From Octopus sinensis (lineage: Eukaryota), in NCBI RefSeq assembly GCF_006345805.1, contig NC_042998.1, forward strand, positions 18,910,001 to 18,974,000: a DNA stretch of 64,000 nt, in the 5' to 3' direction. A model generated the notes under the pieces. The model ran no database searches and was not told where the DNA came from. It was given only the letters and a program-made list of their open reading frames with translations. Position numbers and translations under genes: made by a program. Shown one piece after another: positions 50,279 through 63,834 of this stretch. Position 1 is the stretch's first letter. The number at the start of each line of letters is the position of its first letter.

Positions 50279-52519
50279 TATATACACGCACTTCTTTCCT
50301 GTGCTCAGTGAAATAAGAATAATGCTTCAATGACCATAAAATTACTACCAGTCATCAGCACAGTCGAGTTTTAAAGCTGTGTTTCAGTCCACCAAACATC
50401 TCGCATCGAGCATGCGCAAAACAACTTTGAAAAAATCGATAATTTACATGCACGAAATATATTAGCTTCTCTAACTGCAATGCAGGTTTTTCTATATCTT
50501 TCTGAGTTGAAATTTTTTTTCAGTTGATTTTTTATTATTCTTTCGTCTAATGAATAAAGGATGGATTACTGACATACGCTATGAATGAAATGAGTTTTAG
50601 CTTTATTCTACTTATATTAGTTTTATGAGACCGCATTTGGATGAAATTGAAAAGCACACCAGACATTAAATAATTTAGTTCATATACAACTTTTGATATA
50701 TAGTATAGCCACATTTTTTTCTAAACGGAATCTACCATCCTATAAACTGGATTTCCTTCCTGTCAAATAAATAATTGCTTAAAAGACTTTCGGTAATACA
50801 AGTAGCAGCATTTATTCCTAAAATAAATTTTCATGTCAAAGATCACGACGCAAAACTGTCGCTCTCTTTGAAGTGGTTTCACTAAAATAAGAAAGAAGAG
50901 CGTGACCAAAACCATTTCAATTTCCTTTGTTAATACACTATGAAAACTGTCAAGATTAATTCGAAAATGCTGTAAAAAAACGAAATTTCTCTTCCAGATA
51001 AAAGAATGTATCACCATTTCAGATCAACAGTGTTCAATACAGATTTCCAACTCACTGAACAGAAAAGAATTCTTCAAACCAACATAACTTTATCTATTTC
51101 TTCAGAAATACGATGCCCATGTTAACAATTTTAGTGTCCAGCTTCCAATATATTAAGTCAGATGAAACTTCTGGAGGCCCCAAATTATTGATTATGTATT
51201 TCCTTTACTGATCCACTCAACAACGCCATCATTTATCAGAAGATTATGACATTTTTCAAATACTGCCCGCTTTCACAATGTTTGAGACGACAGTTTTAGG
51301 CTACTACTTCTAATCATTTGCTTTTCTACGTTGAATTAATTAAAAAATACTATCATACAGCGTTCAACATTTTCTTGATAGTCTTCTCTTGGAAGTAGCA
51401 AAAGATTTTATATATAGTGATGATTTGTATTGAGATGAAGCTATAAAAAAATCAGTTACAAATCACATTTCTACACAGTTTTAAACTATAATCAAAATTT
51501 TAATTATGTAAATTGATAAAATTTAAATCGTAGAAATATATCAAGGAATAATTGGAAACGACAGAGAAAAAGAATTGGGATATGAAGAGAATGACGCCCG
51601 TTTCGTGTAATACGGCAACCATGATTTATCATCTTGTGGTAAAAGAATTTCTGATCATATTCACCTTGTCGAAAACCCCTGGACCTTTCAGACATCAGGT
51701 CAGAAATGTCTTTGAAGCCACCATGACAAACCAAACATCAGATCGCCAATGTCGACTTTTAGAATATAGAAACGATACCTAACCTTTCACCTGTCGCGAT
51801 TTGTAATATCTGTGCCACAAGTAGATAAGGAGTTCAGGAACAGAATCAAATAAAAACGTACACAGAATAAGAGAAAACGAAACCATGTTAAAAACACATA
51901 AATTAAAACAATACTGAAAACAAAAATATGTTATATAAAAATTTTCTTATTTAACAAGACATTTTGAAGTCTTGTATTCATTTGATATTCAAATACAAAT
52001 GATCCTTATGAAATATTATAAAGATAGAAATATATTTCACGAAATAAATTTGATAATGATAAATTATTGATGTCCATTGTTATTAATACATAGAATTTTA
52101 ATGTACTTTATTAATTTCCCTAATAAAAATGAGGTAGCTATATTTGGTGCTAAGCAATTGTATTTGATATCTGAATTACGAATTATTTACATTTGATATT
52201 TAAATTATTAATTATTTGGATTGATCAAATTTTATTCTTTAATAGGAAAATAACCATAGACAGCAATTATTTGCCTAGCAGTCATAAATTAATGAGGATA
52301 TATCTTCGCATTTAATAAAAGTTGAAGGGAAAATGATGACATAATTTGCACTAAAACATACATTCACTATTATTTGCGTCTAAAAGATACAACATGAATG
52401 TAGTTTTTTGCCACATAAAATCTCCCCTATTTCTATGTAATATTTTCAATATATATATATATTTCGTTTTTGGAGTGGGTTTGCAAATTTGTGAGTTCGT
52501 GTGTTGAAGCATATTCTGT

Positions 52520-52850
52520 TGTATCTGGGGAGATCCATTGTCTTTTAGTTCCTTATAATTTAACATATAAGATGCATAGAAGTTCCTTGTAAAACACGAA
52601 CACGACACATATCGGGGAGACATCAAGGAGCATTGCAGAACGACTAAATGATCATTTGAGACAGTATGACGACAAAAACAGTCCTCCGTACTCTACCAAC
52701 ATGCAAAGGACCAACAAGGAGGCAACCTGGGTCAACTTGACAACTGCATCGTATCCAAGCACCCAAAAGACCCAACACAGTCAAATACAGGAGTATATTC
52801 ACATAAATGAAACTTCCCCAATGCTAAATGGGAAATATACATAGTAGATA
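52520..52850 (+). pseudogene. Penelope-like GIY-YIG endonuclease remnant
   Basis: Across frameshifts: RCIEVPCK...HIGETSRSIAERLNDHLRQYDDK-QSSVLYQHAKDQQGG...SKHPKDPT-QIQEYIHINETSPMLNGK (YIGET-R-R-H pattern). Confidence 0.75.
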
Positions 52851-53693
52851 TCATACCCCCATATTCACAGTTTACAAAGGTAAAGTAGAATAGTTAGTGG
52901 GCTGTTATGTAGATAGATATATGTATGTATGTGTGTTTGGGGGTGTATGTATATGTATGTATATGCACATGTATATAAGCAGATGAATATGAAAGTAAAC
53001 AGATCAACCTACAGACGGATAGGTAGATAGGTTATATGAACAGATAAGCACATATGCGCACACATACACAAATGGAGACTGAAACACATGACCATATATA
53101 CACACACACTTTACTTTACACAAGCACACATATAGAGACACACGTCCACACATATGGAAATGCATATTCATTCATACAAACACTGTACATAGTTGCAAAA
53201 CACACACACATACACTCAGACTTACACTCACAAGAAGACAGAGGTAGACACACACATACAAACACAAACACACCCAAAAACATATATAAAAACACACAAA
53301 CACATGAATATGCAGAATAAATACAAACAAATTTACTAACATACATATATACACATGCACATATACATATATGCACACAAACATGCATACATACATACGT
53401 GCATACATACATACTACATACATACATACATACATACATACATACATCATACATACATACATACATACATACCTACGTGCATACATACATGCATGTGTAC
53501 ACACACACATGCGCACAAACAAACAAAAAGGAACGAAGTGTAAATAATGGACAGAGTCAAAACTACTGAAATGGTTGCAAGACGCAACGAAAATTTTAGA
53601 AAAGTAAAAGAAGAAATACGTGGAAATTTTGTGTTAAATGAGTGTGTTAAATTATAAGGCAATAAAAGAGAATGACTCTCCCCAGGCACAAAA

Positions 53694-53740
<47 letters not shown>

Positions 53741-53913
53741 TAAGAAAGTTTGTTTGGTAAAGCACGTGGGTGAATATATAAGAAAATAGTAAAGAGTGAA
53801 AAAACGACAGAAGGCTTAAATGTTAAAAAATATATATATTTGCGTCAAAATGTCTGGAGAATATTGGAAAAATTTTTTTCCCTCCTTAAAATGACATAAT
53901 TTTATAATTTTTA

Positions 53914-53952
53914 AAGAAATACCGGTTTCGCAGTTAGCTCTTCAAATTTCTT
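53914..53952 (-). ncRNA. Hammerhead-like motif in the Penelope 3' region (family P7)
   Basis: Minus strand: aagaaat-TTGAAGA-gc-taact-gc-GAAACCGGT-A-tttctt, ~130 nt after the GIY-YIG stop. C3U change and a one-nucleotide register ambiguity in stem I. Confidence 0.55.
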
Positions 53953-54080
53953 GTGACTTAATGTTTATTTTTAATAACGTAATCCTTGTATTTTTGCTAC
54001 GGAGAGTTCTAAATAAGGGAAAGTAGTGAGTGATATCTTCCGGTGTAAGGGAGATAATCGCTTAAAAATTTTTTTTTCCT

Positions 54081-54539
54081 TTAGTGTGAATTTCTCTGTA
54101 TTATTGGGTTCGGATAGTTGAGTCTGGGTTTGTACTTTTCAATGAAGAATGTTTCCTTATTTAGTCTAATTTGTGATGATGATCCGAAAGCACATTGGTA
54201 AAATGGAAAGATTAAAAATTGTGGTTGTAGTTGCTTTGCGCATTTCTCAATGTGTTCACTAAAAGGTATCATTCTATATTCTGGGAATGCAATCTGTTGT
54301 CGATGCAGTGTGCATCTACGTCTGAGTGATAGTCCCGTGGACCCCACGTAGTCTTGGTGGCAGCCCGAGCATTTAATGACATAAATTATGTTTTCAGAGG
54401 CACAAGTAAAGTTAGATTTGATCTTGAATTTCTGTCCCTCTTTAAAGAAGAATTCTGATCCTTCCAATAGGTTAGGACATGTTGCACAGTTCGATCTACC
54501 ACATTTTTTTACTTTTGCATCCGTAATTTTAGAAGACAT
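54081..54539 (-). CDS. Penelope-like GIY-YIG endonuclease domain (fragment; Neptune-like CX4CX2C linker)
   Basis: KCGRSNCATC...NIIYVIKCSGCHQDYVGST...RCTLH...HIEKC...KETFFIEKY.P.LN. The N-terminus is created by the inversion junction. Confidence 0.88.
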   Translation of the reverse strand: MSSKITDAKVKKCGRSNCATCPNLLEGSEFFFKEGQKFKIKSNFTCASENIIYVIKCSGCHQDYVGSTGLSLRRRCTLHRQQIAFPEYRMIPFSEHIEKCAKQLQPQFLIFPFYQCAFGSSSQIRLNKETFFIEKYKPRLNYPNPIIQRNSH

Positions 54540-55050
54540 ATCAGAGATGACTTAGATATGTTAAACCACCTCCCCAAAAAAGCCAAGGAAGAAACAATCC
54601 TGGTTTCATTTGATGTAGTCAACTTGTATACCAGTATACCTCATAATTATGGACTGGAAGCAATTCAGTTCTGGTTAGACCAATTTCCGGAAGAAATACC
54701 AAAAAGGATCAGTAAAGAATTCATTACTAAATCAATTGAATTCATCCTACACAATATCCACTTCATGTTTGACAATACATTTTACCGTCAAAAATCCGGA
54801 ATTGCTATGGGTACAAGGGCAGCACCAGTCATTGCGAACTTAACAATGGGATACATGGAAATAACCATTTACCAGGAATCCTTATCAATCTTTGGAAACC
54901 CCCTCTCTCAATACATAAAAGAGAACTGGAAACGATTCTTGGACGATCGTTTTATTCTCTGGAATGAAAACACAGATAAACTCTTAAAATTTAAAAACCT
55001 ATTGAACAGCATAAACCCAAATATACAGTTCACAATGGAATACAACCATA
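54537..55050 (+). pseudogene. Penelope-like reverse transcriptase fragment
   Basis: IRDDLDML...LVSFDVVNLYTSIPH...YRQKSGIAMGTRAAP...RFLDD...LNSINPNIQFTME. Confidence 0.9.
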
Positions 55051-55221
55051 TGTATATATATATTATATGTATAAAAATATAAACTGGGACAAGAACGTAA
55101 AGCATTTAGAAGACGATACAAAAAACTCGTGTTTTTTGTGTTTTTTTTGTATCGTCTTCTAAATGTTTGTATTTTTCTACATATAATATATATAGCGGCG
55201 TCCGTACCCTCGTTGGCCCTA

Positions 55222-55630
<409 letters not shown>

Positions 55631-56848
55631 AATATAAAAAAGTTTTGAGTGCTGCAAAATTCGCTATGGATCAGTCATCAGTAAAATGTTACCTTTAATT
55701 TTTCAACAAATCAGTTTTCATGCCGGCTCTAGAGTGTCTCGTTTATTTATGTATGTTCACTTCAGCTGCCGTAGAGAAAGTATCTCTCGTATGGTAAAAT
55801 GGCGTGAAAATACCCGGTTTGTTCTGTGTAACTATCTATCAGGAATCCCAGACATCGGTGTTTCGAATTTTTTTTTTTAATCTTATCAATAGGATGTACC
55901 TAAGAGAGGCAACTCTGAACAAACTTATAAAACAACAGCTTTATGCAAAATTCATTCAATAACGTTGATTGATATGCGCTGGTAGATCGGTCGATCGAAG
56001 AAAAATAACGAATCGTTAGCGTCAATCTCTTTAGGCAACTGCAGAGAATTTGACTTTTAGCAGTTGAAATATGTAACAAATATATTTTAACTAACCTAAA
56101 TTTTGCTTATGCCTAAACACTGCTTGTTGCTAACATTTCGATGTGTGTGTGTGCCTATGCATATATGTGTATATACATATTTGGATATATGGATATCACA
56201 GAAGTGTGTTATTTTCATTTGGTGACATTATTTGAATAAATGTAATATATTCTAACGCGCAATCACATTGCGTGTTTTAGTTGTTGATTTTGTTTTTTTT
56301 TACATTCGGATAATGACCTTGCATTATTAAATCGTGAACTATTACTTATGATACTTGATACGTTACAAGTCGCATATAATTCTTTTTTATTCCATTGACA
56401 CTCGAACGAAGAGGTGGCCAACAAAATGATCCTATTAATATATATATTTATTTAATTATTTCTTACTTACTAAGAAATAATTAATTCTAACTTATTTAAA
56501 GGAAAACGTGATTGAAGTGATTACCTCTGGCATAGTTCACGGAATTAAATGATAAATCTTTTAAAAATATCTTCTAAACACGAGCCAATGACTTAGTATC
56601 TGAATTGTTCAAAGACATGTTGTAACGTTTATTTATCACTGCCGACATAACCGCTCAACTTTGTCCCAAAATACATGCATACATAAATACATGTATGTGT
56701 GTGTATGTGTACGCGTGTGTTTGTGTGGGAACACACTGGCTCATATATATATGATATAATCAGTTTATATACAATATACATACACACATACATATATATG
56801 AATGCATATTTCTATGTGTATATGTATGCACGACTTCGTAGATGTGTT

Positions 56849-56884
<36 letters not shown>

Positions 56885-56887
<3 letters not shown>

Positions 56888-57072
56888 ATAAATATTAGGG
56901 AATAAATCCAAATTTACAGGGAAAAAATCAGATTTAGGATTAAATCCAATTTTATAGTAAAATATTATAAAATATTATTAGAGACAAAACCACTATTTTG
57001 CAAAACAAACAAGGAAAGACTTAATCAATACATAAAATTTTAATAAATAGTCAAAAAAACCGCCACTACATA
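56885..57072. mobile_element. (TA)n-flanked short interspersed repeat
   Basis: 56975-57070 matches 49805-49900 in reverse complement. A separate similar pair occurs at 23780-23870 and 47290-47390. Confidence 0.55.
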
Positions 57073-57285
57073 TATATATATATATATAATATATATGGAG
57101 GTGTATATGCATAGCAAGTGATTTGATCTGAGATCGTGTGCTGAAACGAAAACAATTGCAGCGTGGAAGGTGTTTGTAAGCCATTTAAGAAACACAAAAG
57201 CCGTTCGATTCACTTCAACATTTATGTTTAATTGTCAAAATATTTTCGGCTCTTTAAGACCGCGACCTGTTCACCGACAAAATTC

Positions 57286-57367
<82 letters not shown>

Positions 57368-57852
57368 TATATATATATACGCATCTACGAAGTCGTGCAT
57401 ACATATAAACATATAAATATGCATATATATATATATATATATTAATATATATATATATATATATATATACATATGTATGTGAGTGTGGGATAAATATTTA
57501 CATTGATATATATTTACGTATATAGTCCAACCTATGCACAGGCACGCATACACATGTTTCTTTGTCTTCAAATATTTATCTCATCACGTGCATTCCACAC
57601 ATGATATTTCATCGTTAATACGTGTTTAAGCAGCAGAAATTCCTTTCGGTCAACCATTGCATGCTTACTTATATTTTGCTGTCTTAGAATCTTGCTGATG
57701 TTCACCATGGAATACCTACCGTGTAGGTGTTGCGCCATCTAACATTTTAGTTATATCGTTTTGTATTTAAGTGCAAAATGTTCAATGCCCTACGTTTTAC
57801 GTATGCTTGACAATATATTTTGCTCTCAACGAGAAATCAAATATTATTATTA

Positions 57853-57883
<31 letters not shown>

Positions 57884-57890
57884 ATTATTA

Positions 57891-57921
<31 letters not shown>

Positions 57922-57940
57922 GTTGTTGTTGCTGTTGTTA

Positions 57941-57990
<50 letters not shown>

Positions 57991-58037
57991 ATCCTCATCA
58001 TCATAATCATTGTTGTTGTTGGATTCCATATATAGAT

Positions 58038-58322
58038 GTAGGAGTAGCTGTGTGGTAAGTAGATTGCTTACGAACCACATGGTTCCGGGGTCAGTCTCCC
58101 TGCGTGGCATCTTCAGCAAGTGTCTTCTGCTATAGCCTCGGGTCGACCAAAGCTTTGTGAGTGGATTTGGTAGACGGAAACTGAAAGAAGCCCGTCGGCC
58201 AAAGAGAGTGATATAATAAGTACTAGGCTTACAAAGAATAAGCACTGGGGTGAATTTGCTTGACTAAAGGCGGTGCTCCAGCATGGCCACAGTCAAATAA
58301 CTGAAACAAGTAAATGGGTAAA
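58038..58322 (+). mobile_element. SINE family A with internal deletion
   Basis: Head joins the tail directly (aagaagcccgtc|ggccaaagag), lacking the microsatellite block. Confidence 0.82.
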
Positions 58323-58326
58323 AGCC

Positions 58327-58362
<36 letters not shown>

Positions 58363-59134
58363 TTGTGTGAGTGCGTGTGTGTATGTGTGTGTGTGAGTGT
58401 GTATGTATGTGTGGGCGTATGTATGCACACCCACGCACAGACATACACACACATACCCACAAATATAAAGAATAATCTAATTCGTCTTCATTAGTGAAGT
58501 GTCGACGTGATTGCGTTTGTAACAAACAAGATGCAAATCTATGTATATTCATGTTACAAGAAAGGACTTCATTTCCTTTTGATAAGAATATCCACTGAAA
58601 CTTATGCATTTAATATTCAGTATTTGACATTTGAACACTTCAGATCATTTATAATATCTATAAAGATGGAGCGTATCAATGATTGACTTGAAACATGAAA
58701 TATATCAAGAACGTGGAGGGACTATGCAAATATTGCTTTCATCTTAATATAACGTTATAAATTATCTTTATATTTGAAAACATCGAGGAGATTTATATCT
58801 TATGATGAAATATTACTATGGGTTACGTATAGTAGAACTCATGAATATATCGACTTTACAAACTTGTTTTGTGTTCCTTCATAGTGAAAGAAAACCTAGC
58901 ATTAAAGTACTCGTACGTGAATGAATATGTCCAACATAAGAAAACGATTATAACATTTATCACACGTATGTGAATGTCATATTGTCGCTCTAAGATTTAA
59001 AAAAAAACGGAAATGTTTTTGCATTAACTACTGCGAAAGAACAGAATAAGATGTTGAAGATAAGTATTGTATCAAAACGTCCTACTTTAAAGCAAATACA
59101 GAACTGAAAGGACAGGTAAATAAGAGTTTGAGAT

Positions 59135-59260
59135 AAGGCGGCAAGCTGGCTCACATGTTTGTACGGTGGGGAAAATGCTAAGCTGTATTTTGTCCATTTT
59201 ACGTTCTGAGTTCGAATTCCGTCGAGGTCGACATTTAATCCTTTCTGTGTCGAAAAAAAT
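59135..59260 (+). mobile_element. Degenerate SINE-B 5' fragment
   Basis: aaggcggcaagctggc...ttacgttctgagttcgaattccgtcgaggtcgac. Confidence 0.7.
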
Positions 59261-59343
59261 CAATTTTCATTTAGCCATCGTAGCATAGTTACAACAATAT
59301 GTTCGTGAAAATATGATTCAGCCGTCTTTTGGAATTTACCGTA

Positions 59344-59413
<70 letters not shown>

Positions 59414-59713
59414 GAAATTCAAACAAAGAATTATATGTGAGCAAATATTTACATATAAATACGTGTTACTACATTAGGTTTCGACAGTGTATATTTTCCT
59501 TCTCTACAAGCAAAATATTTTCGTTGTTTAGTATTCATTTACCCCGGTTCTCTGCTACGTGTGTCGTACTTCTAAGGGTTAGTAACTGTAAGCCCATTTG
59601 CTTAAGTCGACTGCCTTGGATACGTTCGACATATCTAACTTTTAGCTAATTTGTCACCTATGCTTTCAGATCCATGTACTACTCCGGGGGGTAGTAAGTA
59701 CGTTTGAAGATAC

Positions 59714-59794
<81 letters not shown>

Positions 59795-59894
59795 AAAACA
59801 ATTCAAGCTAGAAAATGCTAAAACAATTTTATAACATACATTTCAGTATCGGTTTCAGTCATTGAGACTTTTTCAACTGTAAGTATCGAAAGCA

Positions 59895-60590
59895 ATTACA
59901 TTTTTGAAATATTAAAAGTAAAGTTTTTAAAAAGAATATTTGCATAGCGTTCAAATACAAGTGTCATTTTCCTTGTTTTTGCCTGTTTCTCTCTCTCTCT
60001 CTTTTTTACTCTTGTGGGTTCGAGGCCGTTGTGAATTCTTGGTAGGGAAGAAGAAGAAGAAGAAGGAGAAGAAGAGAAGAAGAAGAAGAAGAAGAAGAAG
60101 AAGAAGAAGAAGAAGAAGAAGACGGAGAGGAGAAGAGATAGAAGAAAAAAAGAAGAAAAAGGGATGGAGAAGGAGAAGAAGAAGAAGAAGAAGAAGAAGT
60201 ATGCGGGTGTGCCATGACAGTAGTATGTTGAATGGTCCCCCTCATTCTTCTTCTTCTTCTCGTCCAGCTCCTCCTCCCCGTTCTTTTTTCCTCCTACTCC
60301 CATTCTTTTGCTTCTTCTTCTTTGTCTTCTTTTTTCTTCTTCTTCTTCTTCTTCTTCTTTTTCCTCCTACTCTTCTTCTTCTTTTTCCTCCTACTCTTCT
60401 TCTTTTTCTTCTTCTTCTTCTTCTTCTTCTTCTTCTTCTTCCCTACCAAGAATTCCCAATGACCTCGAACCCACAGGAGTAAACAAGAATGAGAGAAACA
60501 GGCAGAAATAAGGAAAATACCACTTGTATTTGAACGCTATGCAAATATTCTTTTAAAAACTTTTCTTTTAAATTTTCGAAAATTTCATTG
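59895..60590. repeat. Imperfect ~700-bp foldback: unique arms plus (GAA)n/(TTC)n
   Basis: 59895-60047 is an imperfect reverse complement of 60440-60590; the inner GAA and TTC tracts also mirror each other. Confidence 0.8.
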
Positions 60591-61010
60591 TTTTCCATGC
60601 TTAAAGTTGAAAATTTACTTACCTATATCTGACATGAAACTGCATCTCAACTACACATCCAGTCGCATCAGTCGTGCTTTCAGATGGATTTAATCTTCAA
60701 TGAAAACCAGAAAAGCCTGCTGTGCAGGACAAAATATTCGTCGCCGTATCTTGAAGAGAGTGCGCAAGGGAATTTGTATGTATGTGTGTGTGTGTGAGTG
60801 TGTGTGTCTGGGTGTGAGTAGTGGGCATTTATATATTTATAATACATATAATCGTGTATCTATATATGATGTATACATATATATTAATATTACATGAAAA
60901 TGTATATATTTGTATGAAAATAATAAGATATATTCATATATACATGGACGCACCCACACACGGACTGACACACCCACACGGCCTCACATACACACACACA
61001 CACACACACA

Positions 61011-61052
<42 letters not shown>

Positions 61053-61122
61053 ATATCTATATATATATATATATAATATATATATATATAATATATATAT
61101 ATATATGTAGATAGATAGATAA

Positions 61123-61523
61123 GTTTCTTTATTGGCCACACAGGGCTGCACACAGATGGGACAAGTTACAAGGTAGAGCTTTTCTTTTGGGGGATGAAGA
61201 GAACAAAAAACAAAAGAAAAAAAAAGGGGGTGGGGTGGCGTAGGTTTTCGATCAAGAGGGATCGTAAAAGGGAAGAAAAGAACAAAAAAAAAGAATTTGA
61301 ATAAAATAAAAGGAATAAAAAGAAAAAAAAGAAAAGGAAAAGGAACAAAAGGAAAGAGAAATGAAAAAAAAGAAAAAAGGGGAAAAAAGGGGGAAGAGGA
61401 AAAAAAAACGATCAATAGGGATCGTGTATCACAGTGTTATGGTATATGGTGTAAAGGGGAAAGCAAGTAAGGTTTATCCGTGGGAAGAAAAGCCTACGAA
61501 AAAGACCACAGTAACCTTGGTCA

Positions 61524-61525
<2 letters not shown>
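61123..61525 (-). mobile_element. 5'-truncated Tx1-family copy (3' UTR only) inside (TAGA)n
   Basis: Diverged reverse complement of ~37850-38147; tagatagat directly on both sides. Confidence 0.85.
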
Positions 61526-61584
<59 letters not shown>

Positions 61585-62566
61585 CAGATATATAGATGTG
61601 TGTATATGTGTGCGTTTTTAAGTGTTGCTGAGGTCTATATATCATCTGATGTTAATTAACTCAAGCAGGAAATCAAACGTTGCTGGTGAAGTTTGCAATT
61701 ATGGCGCACATCCAACGTGACAAGTGCATAGCGAAGAAATGGAAAAAGGAACAGATTTAAAATGCTATAAAAATTAACAAGCTAATGAGCTTTTCCTGGT
61801 CAATCCGTGAATCTAAAGTATCTTTTTTTTGTCTTCTATTACTGGGGAATCCGGTTATTTGTTGCAGAAAATCAGAAAATACATCAACGATTCTTCATGG
61901 TTTCGTACTAAATTCTAACTTAGAGGATGAATTTTTCGCGAGATGCGAAGAAATATGAATATTTTAAGTATCATAACTCTATAACCACAACTCGATATAT
62001 TTGTAACATATGAAGATATTTTCTTGGTACAATAACCCGGTATCAAGATTTGACAAATGATATCTGTGTACGAAATTTCAAGCATGCTTTGAAGAAGGGG
62101 TTCAATTTGAAGTTTTAAATTTGCATTGAAATATAAAGGGAAATCTCTAGAGAGATATATATTACGATGCAATGAGATTCCTATCATTATACAACAAAAG
62201 CCACAACATTACGAAGAGCAAGGACAACACTATGGAAATATAAATTAGGCACGTAAATCCTACGAAATGCTAGGAAATTCGATTCATTGTGTCAATGATG
62301 AAGGTGGATATCGATCTGAAATAACGCAGCGGAATCAAATTCTTCTAAATTTGTCTTATACATGAACTTCCATGATTGTAACTTCAATGGTGTGAGATAG
62401 CAACAGCCGTACATCTATCTGCACAGGGAATACATGCAAACACACACACACCCACGCACTGGGAGGACACACAGATACGCACATACACAATGGGATACAC
62501 AGACACGTACACACACACTCACATACATATTTACATATATGTATATATATATATGTGTGTGTGTGT

Positions 62567-62605
<39 letters not shown>

Positions 62606-62743
62606 TGTGCATGAATTTTGCATTAAATGCCACAATCTTCATCACATATTCCGACAGCGAATAAAATGTTGCGTAACGGAAGGCCTTGCGTTGTGCTAAT
62701 GTGAAATTCTGTCAGATATATATATATATATTATATATATATA

Positions 62744-62850
<107 letters not shown>

Positions 62851-62855
62851 TATAT

Positions 62856-62900
<45 letters not shown>

Positions 62901-63834
62901 GTATATATGTATGTATAATATCTGATACATTATATATGAAATTGTTCAGTCCTTTCACTCCGTTTTCATTATAGCTAAAATACCTTTAAGCTCACGTGAT
63001 ATTAATTCGCTTCATACATCGGTGGTAAGAAATATTGAAGTCACCTGACAATTTCTAAGAACTGTTTTCCAATACTGTTTTCTCACATATCTACTACGAT
63101 ATATAAAATGAATTACTTTACCATATCAAAACTGATATGTAGCCATGCTAACCTCCGCACCCACCTTTTTTATTTTATTTTATTTTATTTTATTCTAATC
63201 TGTTCATTACGAGATATACAAAAACTTTAAATTTCCTCCACAAAATGTATTATTCCTTCTCTCCTGAATCAATGGGGACTTGTGAATCTTGGGTGCAATG
63301 CCCGCTGGTCAGGACATCGTACATGTAATTATAGCTGTCAAAGCATTCATATTCCGCCGCATAATGAAAGTTGAACGCTGCATTTCGAATGAATACGTAA
63401 ATTATTCATATTTTAAATATTCATTTCAATGATGATTAAAGAGCATATTTATTTGGTGCAGTCATAGCGGAAACCAGCTTATAAATGCACGCATTGCATA
63501 AATACATAAATTTATAGGTATGTATAAATGTGTATGTGGGTGTGTATGTGTGTTTGTATATCAGACATATGTGTATTCATGTGTATTTGTGTGAATGAAT
63601 ACACACACAGAGACAAACACACACACAAACTCACAAACACACAAACACACATACACACACCTGCCCCCATATATACATACTTATGAGGGTATGAATATAT
63701 TGTATGTATTTATATATACATATATATAAATATACGTGTGTGTGTGCGTGTTTGTGCGTGTTTGTGTGTGCATATATGTGTATATAAATAGATATACATA
63801 TACATATATGTATATAAGTGTAATCTTTTATTCT

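Larger units (their letters stand above)
53739..55050. mobile_element. Penelope-like retroelement insertion with 5' inversion, inside (TA)n
   Basis: GIY-YIG and 3' end on the minus strand joined head-to-head with an RT fragment on the plus strand; TA repeats at both ends. Confidence 0.88.

Noticed and set aside
50990-51800. Acceptor-like site at ~50997 and short ORFs as host exons
   Set aside because: Every frame hits stops quickly and no recognisable peptide or matching donor was found.
57232-57285. Minus-strand HHR-like arrangement (ttgtc...GAAAATATTTT-gacaa)
   Set aside because: The core reads GGTGAACA and stem II is broken; too degenerate to call from one copy.
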